Shown in pieces: positions 46,375-54,799 of a stretch of 64,000 bases of DNA. The DNA is from an uncultured delta proteobacterium. GTDB taxonomy: Bacteria; Myxococcota_A; Polyangia; Polyangiales; JAFGIB01. The position numbers and the translations under genes were made by a program. The stretch's first letter is position 1. Each line of letters starts with the position of its first letter. The notes under the pieces were generated by a model. It was not told the origin of the DNA and did no database searches. It saw nothing but the letters and a program-made list of their open reading frames with translations. The stretch covers positions 704,001 to 768,000 of the forward strand of contig CAVZVA010000003.1 of NCBI GenBank assembly GCA_963778655.1, in the 5' to 3' direction.

Positions 46375-46479
46375 TCCCAGCTAGGGACTGGTCGCGGAGC
46401 GCGCAGACTCGCGGGCCGCGAGGCGGAGCAGGCGACGGCAGAAGGGCTCGAGCAGGTCCCGTCCTCGAAGGAGGAACGG

Positions 46480-48024
46480 ATGGCGAACGAGCGACTGCCC
46501 ATGCGCAAGGTACTGGAGATTCTACGACTGAAGTGGGAGCTGCGGCTGTCGAACCGGCGGGTGGCGCGCAGCGCTGGAGTCAGCCCGGCGACGGTGGTCA
46601 ACGTGCTGCGGCGCGCGGCGACCGCCGGGCTGAGCACGTACGGCCAGGCGCGGCAGCTTGGCGAGGCTGAGCTCGAGGCGGCGCTGTACCCCGAGAGCGC
46701 AGCGGCGGCGCTGATCGCGCGGCCGGAGCCGGACTGCGCGTGGATCCACCGCGAGCGCGCGCGGCCGGGGGTGACGCTGCAACTGCTGCACCTGGAGTAC
46801 CTGGAGGCCAACCCCGGCGGCTACCAGTACACGGCGTTCTGTGACCGCTACCGGGAGTTTCTCAAGCGTCGCGGGCTGGTGATGCGCCAGCACCACATCG
46901 CCGGCGACAAGATGTTCGTCGACTACTCGGGCAAGAAGCCGACGCTGGTCGACCCGGTGACGGGCGAAGTGATCGAGGTCGAGCTGTTCGTCGCGGTGCT
47001 GGGGGCATCGAGCTACACATACGCGGAGGCGACGTACAGCCAGCAGGTGACCGACTTCGTGGGCAGCCACGTTCGGGCGTTCTCGTTCTTCGGCGGCGTC
47101 GCCCGCGCGCTCGTTCCCGACAACCTCAAGAGCGGGGTGACCCGGGCGTGCTTCTACGAACCGACGGTGCAGCGTAGCTACGAGCACATGGCGCTGCACT
47201 ACGGCACCGCGGTGCTGCCGGCGCACAAGGGCAAGCCTCGGCACAAGGCCAAGGTCGAGGTCGGGGTGCAGGTCGCGCAGCGCTGGATCCTGGCGCGGCT
47301 GCGCAACCGGGTGTTTCACACCCTGGCGGCGCTCAACGAAGCGATCGCGCAGTGCCTGCACGACCTCAACCGGCGAACGATGCGCGAGTACGGCAAGAGC
47401 CGGCTCGAGTTGTTCGAGGCGACGGAGCGAGCGCAGCTGCTGCCGCTGCCGGTCGACCGCTACGAGATCACCGAGTGGAAGAAGGCCACGGTCAACATCG
47501 ACTACCACGTCGCCTTCGGCGAGCGCTTGTACTCGGTGCCGCATCGCTACGTCGGCGAAGAGGTCTGGCTGTGCGCGACGGCCACCATGGTCGAGGTCCA
47601 GTTGCGCGGCCGCCGCGTCGCGTTGCACCAGCGCCAGGGTCGCGACCGCTACGCGACGGTCCCCGCGCACATGCCGAGCGCTCACCGCCAGCACGCAGAG
47701 TGGACGCCGTCGCGCATTCTGTCGTGGGCAGAAACGCTGGGCCCCTCGACGCACGCCCTCTGCAGCGCGATCTTGGCCGACCGGCCGCACCCCGAGCAGG
47801 GCTTTCGCTCGTGCCTGGGCATTCTGCGCCTGGCCAAGAAGTACGGCGATGGCCGCGTCGAGAACGCCTGCGCGCGCTGCTTCGCGGCTCACGCCCGCTC
47901 CTACCGCAGCGTCGAGTCCGTGCTGCGGCTGGGCCTGGACTCGCAGCCGACGCTCGAGGCCGACGTGGCGCAGGCTCCGGTCGAGCACGACAACGTGCGC
48001 GGCCCCGATTACTTCGTGAACTGA
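46480..48024 (+). CDS. istA: IS21 family DDE transposase
   Basis: 'MRKVLEILRL', 'GDKMFVDYSG', 'VPDNLKSGV', 'KAKVEVGV', 'HDNVRGPDYF'. Confidence 0.97.
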   Translation: MANERLPMRKVLEILRLKWELRLSNRRVARSAGVSPATVVNVLRRAATAGLSTYGQARQLGEAELEAALYPESAAAALIARPEPDCAWIHRERARPGVTLQLLHLEYLEANPGGYQYTAFCDRYREFLKRRGLVMRQHHIAGDKMFVDYSGKKPTLVDPVTGEVIEVELFVAVLGASSYTYAEATYSQQVTDFVGSHVRAFSFFGGVARALVPDNLKSGVTRACFYEPTVQRSYEHMALHYGTAVLPAHKGKPRHKAKVEVGVQVAQRWILARLRNRVFHTLAALNEAIAQCLHDLNRRTMREYGKSRLELFEATERAQLLPLPVDRYEITEWKKATVNIDYHVAFGERLYSVPHRYVGEEVWLCATATMVEVQLRGRRVALHQRQGRDRYATVPAHMPSAHRQHAEWTPSRILSWAETLGPSTHALCSAILADRPHPEQGFRSCLGILRLAKKYGDGRVENACARCFAAHARSYRSVESVLRLGLDSQPTLEADVAQAPVEHDNVRGPDYFVN

Positions 48025-48047
48025 ATCGAGAAAGGACAACAGCCACG

Positions 48048-48791
48048 ATGATGACCGAACCCACGCTCGACAAACTCCGCACCCTCAAGCTCTACACCAT
48101 GGCCACCGCCTGGATCGCCCAGCGCGAGGACCCTTCAGCGGCCGAGCTCAGCTTCGACGAGCGGCTGGCGCTGCTGGTCGAGGCCGAGACGCTCGCCCGC
48201 GACAACAAGCGCCTGCAGAAGCTGCTGCACGACGCCAAGCTCCGCATTCCCGGCGCCTGCATGGAGGACGTCGACCTCAGCCCCAAGCGCGAGCTCGACA
48301 AGCCGCTCTTGCGCCAGCTCGCGACCGGGCGCTGGATCGGCGAGCACACCAACTTGCTCATCACCGGGATGACCGGCGTGGGCAAAAGCTATCTCGGCTG
48401 TGCGCTCGGCCAGCTGGCCTGCCGCTTGGGCTTCCGCGTCGCCTACAAGCGCGTCCCGCGGCTCTTCGAGGAGCTCGGTCTGGCTCACGCCGACGGCACC
48501 TACGTCCGCCTGCTCGCCCGGCTCGCCAAGGTCGATGTCCTCATCCTCGACGACTGGGGCCTGGCACCGCTGGCCGACCAGCAACGCCGCGACGTCCTGG
48601 AGATTCTCGAGGACCGCCATGGCGCTCGCTCCACCATCGTGACCAGCCAACTTCCCGTCGAAAACTGGCACGACTACATCGCCCATCCCACCATCGCCGA
48701 CGCCGTCCTCGACCGCCTCGTCCACAACGCACACAAGATCAAGATGAAGGGTCCCTCACGTCGAAAGGAGAAAGCTCAAACCGCCGCCTGA
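48048..48791 (+). CDS. istB: IS21 helper ATPase
   Basis: Walker A GMTGVGKS; Walker B LILDDWG; 'STIVTSQLP', 'ADAVLDRLVHNAH'. Confidence 0.97.
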   Translation: MMTEPTLDKLRTLKLYTMATAWIAQREDPSAAELSFDERLALLVEAETLARDNKRLQKLLHDAKLRIPGACMEDVDLSPKRELDKPLLRQLATGRWIGEHTNLLITGMTGVGKSYLGCALGQLACRLGFRVAYKRVPRLFEELGLAHADGTYVRLLARLAKVDVLILDDWGLAPLADQQRRDVLEILEDRHGARSTIVTSQLPVENWHDYIAHPTIADAVLDRLVHNAHKIKMKGPSRRKEKAQTAA

Positions 48792-48827
48792 ACCCACAAC
48801 CCGTCGCTTCGCTCCGACCCGATCACG

Positions 48828-50621
48828 ATGCCCGATCGCGGCGGTCACGATGCGCCGATCCAGGTGATCACGATGCGCGGTATGCGCAGAAGGGGCGCGC
48901 GAGGACCGGTCGGCAAGCCTCGGCTGCAACGGGGTGAACGGGCCCTCATGCAGTGGACCAAGGCCTCAAAAGGCCTTTCGGATCGCGATGTTGCAGAGCG
49001 CCTTGGCTGGAGGCGAGTGCAGGTGTCGAAGGTACTCTCAGGGCACCGCGGGGTCGACGGACAGGGCCTCGATGCCCTTCGCCAGGCGCTTGTATCACCC
49101 ATAAGCAAGGCGCCGCTGCCGCTTAGTCCGACTGCGCTTGGCGCAGCCTGGCTCCACCACGATTGGCCGTTTCTCGCCGCGCTCTGCTTGCCCCACAGCG
49201 AGCGGCTGACCGATGCGGAGCCACACTTGCACGTCGATGGCTTCGTCCTGGTGGGCCACGCTCCCCGCCTCAGGAGGGCGGAAGATGCCTTCGTGCACCT
49301 GCTGCCGCTGCTGAACCTGGCGGACCCGGCGACCACTCAGCCGGTGGCGTTCCTGGAGCACGGGGGACGGAGGTTCTACGTCCGCAACTCGCTCACTGAC
49401 CGCGTGCCGCGCGAGAAGCGCCGCTACAACCGTTACGCCCGCACGATTGAGGTCGTCACGCCGGCTGGCGGGGACTACCACGTAGTCGCCTGCATTCGGA
49501 TCGGGCGCGCACGGAACCCCTGCTCACGCCACCAGCCAGTTCGTGGCGTCAAGCCTCCCGCTCAGGATCCGGCCAGACGCCAGAGGCACCCGAGGTGCCC
49601 AGACTGCGAGGCGCGCACACGTGCTCAAGATCTGCGCCTGGAGATCAAGGGAGCCGGATGTCAGCTTGGCCTCCTCCACGCGCTGGTGCCAAAGCTCTTC
49701 GGAGACTTTGTGGCGCCGGACTCGATCAAGGTCACGAGCGTTGACCTCGCCCTTGATCTCGCTGTGCCTTATCGGGCCCTCGTACTCTTCGAGCAGGTGC
49801 GTGACCGGGCCAGCGCGCAGCGTAGAGTGTGGACGCACTGGGACTACGATATCGAGACCACGGGCATGTATGCGGGCACTCGCACGTCTCCCGTTCAGAT
49901 CTGCGCGTACGACAAGACCAAGGAGCTGCGCTGCGACCTGCACTCCTTCTATCCCGGTGCCGGCCAGTTCATGGAGTCAACCAGCGGACAGGAAGGCTGG
50001 CCGGCACCCGGCCTTAGCCACAAGCGCCTGCCCGACTCCATGCGCGGACGTCCGTTTGTCGCTCGAGTCGAGTTCCGCTTCAGAGTGAACAAACTGAAGA
50101 TAGATGGGTCGCCGACGGGAATCTTCTCAAGACTGCCAAAGATCTGGAACCGCTTTGCCCTGGCGGATATCCGCGATGCCGACGTCTTGGACTGGCGCGT
50201 CGTGCTTGCGGCATTCGCGCACACTCATGGCGCATCGGGCCTTGCTCCCACGCCAGCACGATTGCGGCGCATCGATATTTTGAGGGCTCGCCGCGACGAA
50301 GCTGGACGAGTGAGCGACCGCGACACCTACGAGAAGTACGACGGCACACCTGACAGCGGAGTGGGATCCGGCAAGGCCAACCAAACATCGGCGAGCGATT
50401 GCATCGCGCTCCGGCTTCGTTGGATGCGGGCACGCAAGCCATTTGTGCTCGCTGCAGCCCTCCATGACGAGATGTTCTGGGTGCTGAAGGAGTTGGCCAG
50501 CCGATCGGGCTTCGATCTCGGGCAGGCGGTCGAGTCGCAGTTGTCTCGCGTGCAGGCTGAACTCGATTCCCTCCTCGAGCTGTGTGCAGCTGCGGCGCGC
50601 CCATCCGCGCGAGGGTCTTGA
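48828..50621 (+). CDS. XRE-HTH + Rep_trans-like (rolling-circle initiator/MOBT relaxase-like) protein; native 5' end (46179-46237) separated by the IS21
   Basis: HTH 'GLSDRDVAERLGWRRVQVSKVLSG'; motifs 'VTSVDLALD', 'TGMYAGTRTSPVQICAYDKTKE', 'ARVEFRF'. Confidence 0.65.
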   Translation: MPDRGGHDAPIQVITMRGMRRRGARGPVGKPRLQRGERALMQWTKASKGLSDRDVAERLGWRRVQVSKVLSGHRGVDGQGLDALRQALVSPISKAPLPLSPTALGAAWLHHDWPFLAALCLPHSERLTDAEPHLHVDGFVLVGHAPRLRRAEDAFVHLLPLLNLADPATTQPVAFLEHGGRRFYVRNSLTDRVPREKRRYNRYARTIEVVTPAGGDYHVVACIRIGRARNPCSRHQPVRGVKPPAQDPARRQRHPRCPDCEARTRAQDLRLEIKGAGCQLGLLHALVPKLFGDFVAPDSIKVTSVDLALDLAVPYRALVLFEQVRDRASAQRRVWTHWDYDIETTGMYAGTRTSPVQICAYDKTKELRCDLHSFYPGAGQFMESTSGQEGWPAPGLSHKRLPDSMRGRPFVARVEFRFRVNKLKIDGSPTGIFSRLPKIWNRFALADIRDADVLDWRVVLAAFAHTHGASGLAPTPARLRRIDILRARRDEAGRVSDRDTYEKYDGTPDSGVGSGKANQTSASDCIALRLRWMRARKPFVLAAALHDEMFWVLKELASRSGFDLGQAVESQLSRVQAELDSLLELCAAAARPSARGS

Positions 50622-50851
50622 AGCGCACGGCGAGGGCCGCCAAGCCCCCCGCACCGCCCCCCTTCGAGGTGCTGGCGAGCGCGGTGCCGGCTGCCACCGT
50701 TCAGACCGGTCTGGCTCGACGGATCGCTGCGCGGAGCGCGTCGTCTCGGTAGGGGCGTTGGCCATCGACGCGAGGGCAGCGCAGGCACCGGGGCCCACTA
50801 CCTTCGCGAGACGCAGCAGCACGGCCTCGGGGCAGCAAGGCCGGTCGGGGT

Positions 50852-50875
50852 CATTCTGGCCCCCATTCTGGCCCC
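50852..50875. repeat. Tandem CATTCTGGCCCC x2, putative integrase arm sites
   Basis: About 65 bp inside the right att; related CATTCTGGCCTCC at 32107-32119 inside the left att. Confidence 0.65.
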
Positions 50876-50940
50876 CAGGCCTCCGTCGCGGTCGCGCCGG
50901 CTGCCCTCCCCCCCGGCCCAACTGCTTGAGATCCCTACGG

Positions 50941-51024
50941 TGCGAAAGAGAGGACTCGAACCTCCACGCCCTTGCGGGCACAGGAACCTGAATCCTGCGC
51001 GTCTGCCAGTTCCGCCACTTTCGC
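50941..51024 (-). tRNA. tRNA-Leu(CAG)
   Basis: GCGAAAG acceptor stem, D-arm TGGCGGAACTGGCAGAC, anticodon arm CAGGA-TTCAGGT-TCCTG, long variable arm, GTTCGAGTC T-loop; CCA not encoded. Confidence 0.97.
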
Positions 51025-51040
51025 GTGAATCGGGGACGTT

Positions 51041-51069
51041 TGGTTAGACGACGCGGACTGCGGTGTCAA
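51041..51069 (-). promoter_or_regulatory. Sigma70 promoter of tRNA-Leu
   Basis: TTGACA-N17-TAACCA on the minus strand, 16 bp upstream of the tRNA. Confidence 0.7.
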
Positions 51070-51339
51070 GGCGCGCGTGCAGGGCGGGCTGCGGGTCGGG
51101 CGCCGCAGCCCGCAGGTGGCCGGCCCGGCAGGGCGCTGCCGCGAGCGGCGCGCCGCGTGCTGCCCGCGAGCCGGGAGGCCGGGGTGGGGACGGCGGCCGG
51201 ATGCCGATGTTTCGGCTCCAGGACCTACATTGCCGACTGAAAAAAGGTGCGACGCGGCTGCAGGGAATGCGGGGGGGCGGCCGCCGATGCGATATCGTTT
51301 CTTGATGAATTTCATGCAGATGGCTCTCGGTCGCACGAC

Positions 51340-51356
51340 CGGTATGCGGGTTGCAT
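51340..51356 (+). promoter_or_regulatory. Sigma54-type (-24/-12) promoter of the minor pilin operon
   Basis: CGGTAT-GCGGG-TTGCAT with exact GG-N10-GC spacing; AT-rich tract upstream. Confidence 0.65.
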
Positions 51357-51385
51357 CGAAGCCCCTGCGAGAACCCATTCAACGC

Positions 51386-52021
51386 ATGCGCCGCCCCTCC
51401 CCCCAGCAAGCCCGAGCGGGCTTCAGCCTGATGGAGCTGATGATCGCGCTGGCCGTCATCGGCGTGATGTCGGCCGCCATCGCGCCTTCGCTGTCCGAGG
51501 TGCTCGCGGACAACCGCCAGATCGCCGCCACCCACGACGTCCTGCGCATCGCCAGGCGCGCCCGCAGCCTGGCGATTTCGTCGGGCGTCGCCCACCTGCT
51601 CCGCTTCCAGCAGGACAGCAGCAACGGTCTCGGGTTCCTCGAGCTGTTCGCCGGGATGAACGGCAAGTGCACCCAGACCCCGTGGGCGCAGACTTTCACG
51701 CCGAGCTCTGGGTCCAATCAGGGGCGGATCGAAGCGCTGAATTTCGCGCAATACAACCCGACCGGCCTCTCGGCGCCGAGCGCCAGCGACAGCGGGCGGC
51801 AGGTGATCCGCCTGCGGGCCGCGAGCGGCGGCAGTGCGAAGAGCGTGGTCATGATCTGCTATCAACCGAACGGCGAGATCTTCTCGGCCGCCGACAGCCC
51901 GCAGCTGACGCTGCAGCCGGCTGCCATCCTTTTCACCATCTCGCGCGCCATCGACGGCATCCAGCACGGCCAGAACCGCGTCGTCCTGTTCGGGCCTGGC
52001 TCGAGCGCGAGGCTGCAGTGA
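51386..52021 (+). CDS. fimU: Type IV minor pilin, FimT/FimU-like
   Basis: Class III signal 'AG|FSLMELMIALAVIG'; 'RRARSLAI'. Confidence 0.8.
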   Translation: MRRPSPQQARAGFSLMELMIALAVIGVMSAAIAPSLSEVLADNRQIAATHDVLRIARRARSLAISSGVAHLLRFQQDSSNGLGFLELFAGMNGKCTQTPWAQTFTPSSGSNQGRIEALNFAQYNPTGLSAPSASDSGRQVIRLRAASGGSAKSVVMICYQPNGEIFSAADSPQLTLQPAAILFTISRAIDGIQHGQNRVVLFGPGSSARLQ

Positions 52022-52638
52022 TGCGACGAACGCGCATGGCCCGCGAGCGCCGCCAGGGCTTCACCTTGATCGAAGTGATGATCTCGCTCGGGATCATGAC
52101 GATCGGCGCGATGGCGATGCTCGCGCTGCAGCAGCAGACCATCCGAGCCAATTCGCAGGCGCGCCAGATCACCACCGCGACGCAGATCGCCCAGCTCTGG
52201 ATCGAGCGCCTCAAGGAAGACGGCACCCGCTGGACGCAGGTCGGCTTCTTCAACACGCCCGGCCAGCCGACCGCCGCCGATGTGCTCGCCCTCACCACCT
52301 ACCTCGGCGCGATCACCACCGCGCCCAACGTGTTCCAGGCCATCCCCAATGCGACCCCCCAGGTCTCCAACGCGTTCGACTTCCAGGGCAACGACATCGC
52401 GAACAATTCCGGCAGCGTCTACTACTGCGCATCGTTCCGGCCGGCGTGGGTCTACTTCGGCCGGGCGATGCGGGTGGACGTGCGCGTGTGGTGGGCCCGC
52501 TCGGGCAGCTCGCTCACCGGCGACTTCGCGGCCTGCGCGGACGACAACGCGCGGCTCAATCCGGGCGGCACGCTCTTCAACAACTACCACGTGGTCTACC
52601 TGCCCACGGTGATCCGCGTGAACACGGCGCCGCGATGA
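52021..52638 (+). CDS. pilV: Type IV minor pilin, PilV-like
   Basis: 'QG|FTLIEVMISLGIM'; second position in the operon. Confidence 0.8.
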   Translation: MRRTRMARERRQGFTLIEVMISLGIMTIGAMAMLALQQQTIRANSQARQITTATQIAQLWIERLKEDGTRWTQVGFFNTPGQPTAADVLALTTYLGAITTAPNVFQAIPNATPQVSNAFDFQGNDIANNSGSVYYCASFRPAWVYFGRAMRVDVRVWWARSGSSLTGDFAACADDNARLNPGGTLFNNYHVVYLPTVIRVNTAPR

Positions 52639-53861
52639 CGAGCAGAGCTGACATCCCGGCGCACGACGCGCGCGCCCGCTGCCGCACACGCCGCGGCGCC
52701 TTCACCCTGCTCGAGCTGATGGTCTCTCTGACCATCGGCGGGCTTGCGATCAGCTCGATCTATGCCATCGGAGCCGTGACCTCGCGCCAGTTCCACCAGC
52801 AGCAGGGAATTGCCAACGCGCAGACCTCGTTGCGCCTGGCGCTCGACCAACTCAAGCGCGACATCTCGCGTGCCGGCTATCTGGGCACACCATGGGCGAA
52901 CGCGCCGGGGCAGTCGTGCGGGACCGTCAACGCGCCGCTGGACGATCCAGCCAACAGCGGCCGGCTCGGTGCCTTCTCGCACTTCAGCGACAACGTCATC
53001 ATCAACGCCGCCAACAGCGGCGTGGACCCGACGAACAAGAACGCGGCCAACGGGTTCACGGCCGACGACTTGGTGATGTTCGGGAACTACTCGACCTCCT
53101 CGGAGTATCCGGGCGTGAGCCGCGGCGCTAACAGCAACCAGATCTTCATCTCCCAGAGCTGGCAGAGCTTTCAGCACGACTTCACCGATTGGTACAACAG
53201 CCCGTCGGTCGGTTTCGATCCGGCGGCGTTTCAGAGCGCGTTCCTCCTCCAAAGGGTGATCCGCATCACCGCCACCAATGGGTTGCGCCACTTCGCGCAA
53301 GTCACCGCTGTGCAAGCGCCGGTCGCCGGCGAGACCAAACCGGTGGGCATCACCTTCAGCCCGGCCGTGCCCGGGGGCTGTTGGGACAAGATCGACGGCG
53401 CGCGGGTCTCGCCCATGAACGCGATCCGCTACACCGTGCTCAATGCGGCCGGCGGTGGCGATCCGGTCGCCCAGCTCGTGCGCATGGAGGTGGACCCGAC
53501 TGACAAGACCAATGTCCTGGCCGGCACCACGCCACGCTCGCTGCTGGACTTCGTCGTGGAATTCAATCTCAGTTTCGTGCTCAACGGCGTGACCGCGGTC
53601 AACCAACCGGACAACTACGCTCCCGGGGTTCCGACCCCGCTGGGTGCGGCCACCGTCAATGTCAACACCGAGCTGATCCGCGCCGTGGTCATCGACCTCG
53701 CAGTTCGCACGCCCCAACAGGATCCGCGCCTGCCCTGGACGCAAGCTGGCTGCGCGAATCTGCGTTGCTTTCAGGTCTCGGATGTCGCGCCGGGCGCGGC
53801 GCGCGTGCGGCGGGCGCGCGCCGAGGTGTTCGTGCCCAACGTCGCGTTCGAGGGATATTGA
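52635..53861 (+). CDS. pilW: Type IV minor pilin, PilW-like
   Basis: 'GA|FTLLELMVSL'; 'LDQLKRDISRAGY'. Confidence 0.8.
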   Translation: MTSRADIPAHDARARCRTRRGAFTLLELMVSLTIGGLAISSIYAIGAVTSRQFHQQQGIANAQTSLRLALDQLKRDISRAGYLGTPWANAPGQSCGTVNAPLDDPANSGRLGAFSHFSDNVIINAANSGVDPTNKNAANGFTADDLVMFGNYSTSSEYPGVSRGANSNQIFISQSWQSFQHDFTDWYNSPSVGFDPAAFQSAFLLQRVIRITATNGLRHFAQVTAVQAPVAGETKPVGITFSPAVPGGCWDKIDGARVSPMNAIRYTVLNAAGGGDPVAQLVRMEVDPTDKTNVLAGTTPRSLLDFVVEFNLSFVLNGVTAVNQPDNYAPGVPTPLGAATVNVNTELIRAVVIDLAVRTPQQDPRLPWTQAGCANLRCFQVSDVAPGAARVRRARAEVFVPNVAFEGY

Positions 53862-54664
53862 TGGACACAGTGACCGACGACGCTCGAGCAGACCAGCAGC
53901 GTGCCGCGCGCGAGAACGACCGCCGCGAAGGCGCGGTGATGCTGGTGGTGATGCTGATCCTGATGGTGGCGACCGCCAGCGCCGCAGTCGCTGTGCATAC
54001 GACTCAGAGCGAGCTGCACGCGGCGGGCCAGGACCGCATGGCGCTGCAGGCGCGCTACGTCTCGGAGGCCGCGATCGTGACCACCACCGCCTGGGTCGAT
54101 CGGGCCGGCTTCTCCGGGGATCTGCTCAAGATCTGGCTGCGCTGGCAGAACGCTGCGCCACCCGACTTGACGGTGTTCGGCGAGGCACCTCTGCTGGCCA
54201 GCGATCGCCACTACGCGGCGCGAACGCACGAGGCGGAGCAGATCGAGCTGTTGACCGCCAACGAGGTCGCTCCGCTGTCGCTGCCGAGCGCCAACGCAGG
54301 AATCGGAACGCCGGTCGACCCCGCGGGGCTGGGCTCGTTCGGTCCGCGCCAGGCCTATGTGCTGCCGCAGGACGCCACCAGCGGCCAGTTCATCGGCTAC
54401 GTCGTCGACCTGACCGATTGCATACCCGCCCCGACCGCGAGCACGCCGGGCAACCAGCTCAACAGCACCAGCGGCGGGCTGGTGCCGGTGCAGTTCTACT
54501 GCGTGCTCACGGCGCACGGGCGCCTAGCGCTGCCGGGCGCCCCCAGCACCCGAAAATGGACGTTCGGGGCCGCGGTCTACAACCAGGACGAGTTTGCGAG
54601 CGCCCACGACTCACGCGCCACCCTGCTCACACCGACCATGATGATGCCGAACCCCAATCACTGA
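53861..54664 (+). CDS. pilX: Type IV minor pilin, PilX-like
   Basis: 'EG|AVMLVVMLILMV' lacking Glu5; 'QARYVSEAA'. Confidence 0.75.
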   Translation: MDTVTDDARADQQRAARENDRREGAVMLVVMLILMVATASAAVAVHTTQSELHAAGQDRMALQARYVSEAAIVTTTAWVDRAGFSGDLLKIWLRWQNAAPPDLTVFGEAPLLASDRHYAARTHEAEQIELLTANEVAPLSLPSANAGIGTPVDPAGLGSFGPRQAYVLPQDATSGQFIGYVVDLTDCIPAPTASTPGNQLNSTSGGLVPVQFYCVLTAHGRLALPGAPSTRKWTFGAAVYNQDEFASAHDSRATLLTPTMMMPNPNH

Positions 54665-54799
54665 TGTAGACCCACCGATGCAGCTTTCTCCGTCCCACCT
54701 GCGATCATCTTCCAGCGGCCTTCCGCGGCACCCGAGGCGACGACGCGCGTGCCCGCAGTCGAAGGCCACGCATCCGTCCGCCAGCAAACGAGAGGTGTC

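Larger units (their letters stand above)
46238..48888 (+). mobile_element. IS21-family insertion sequence (2651 bp) with 7-bp target duplication GAAGGGG
   Basis: TG...CA ends; imperfect IRs TGCGCgcACCGCGCgATCGTGATC / TGCGCatACCGCGCATCGTGATC; GAAGGGG at 46231-46237 and 48889-48895; carries istA and istB. Confidence 0.95.
31973..50992. mobile_element. Genomic island (~19 kb) integrated in tRNA-Leu(CAG)
   Basis: 53-bp terminal direct repeats, internal tyrosine integrase and xis-like gene, arm-like repeats inside both ends, cargo with visibly less GC-biased codon usage. Confidence 0.92.

Noticed and set aside
31973..50992. Prophage or complete ICE
   Set aside because: No terminase, capsid, tail, VirB4 or coupling-protein genes recognised.
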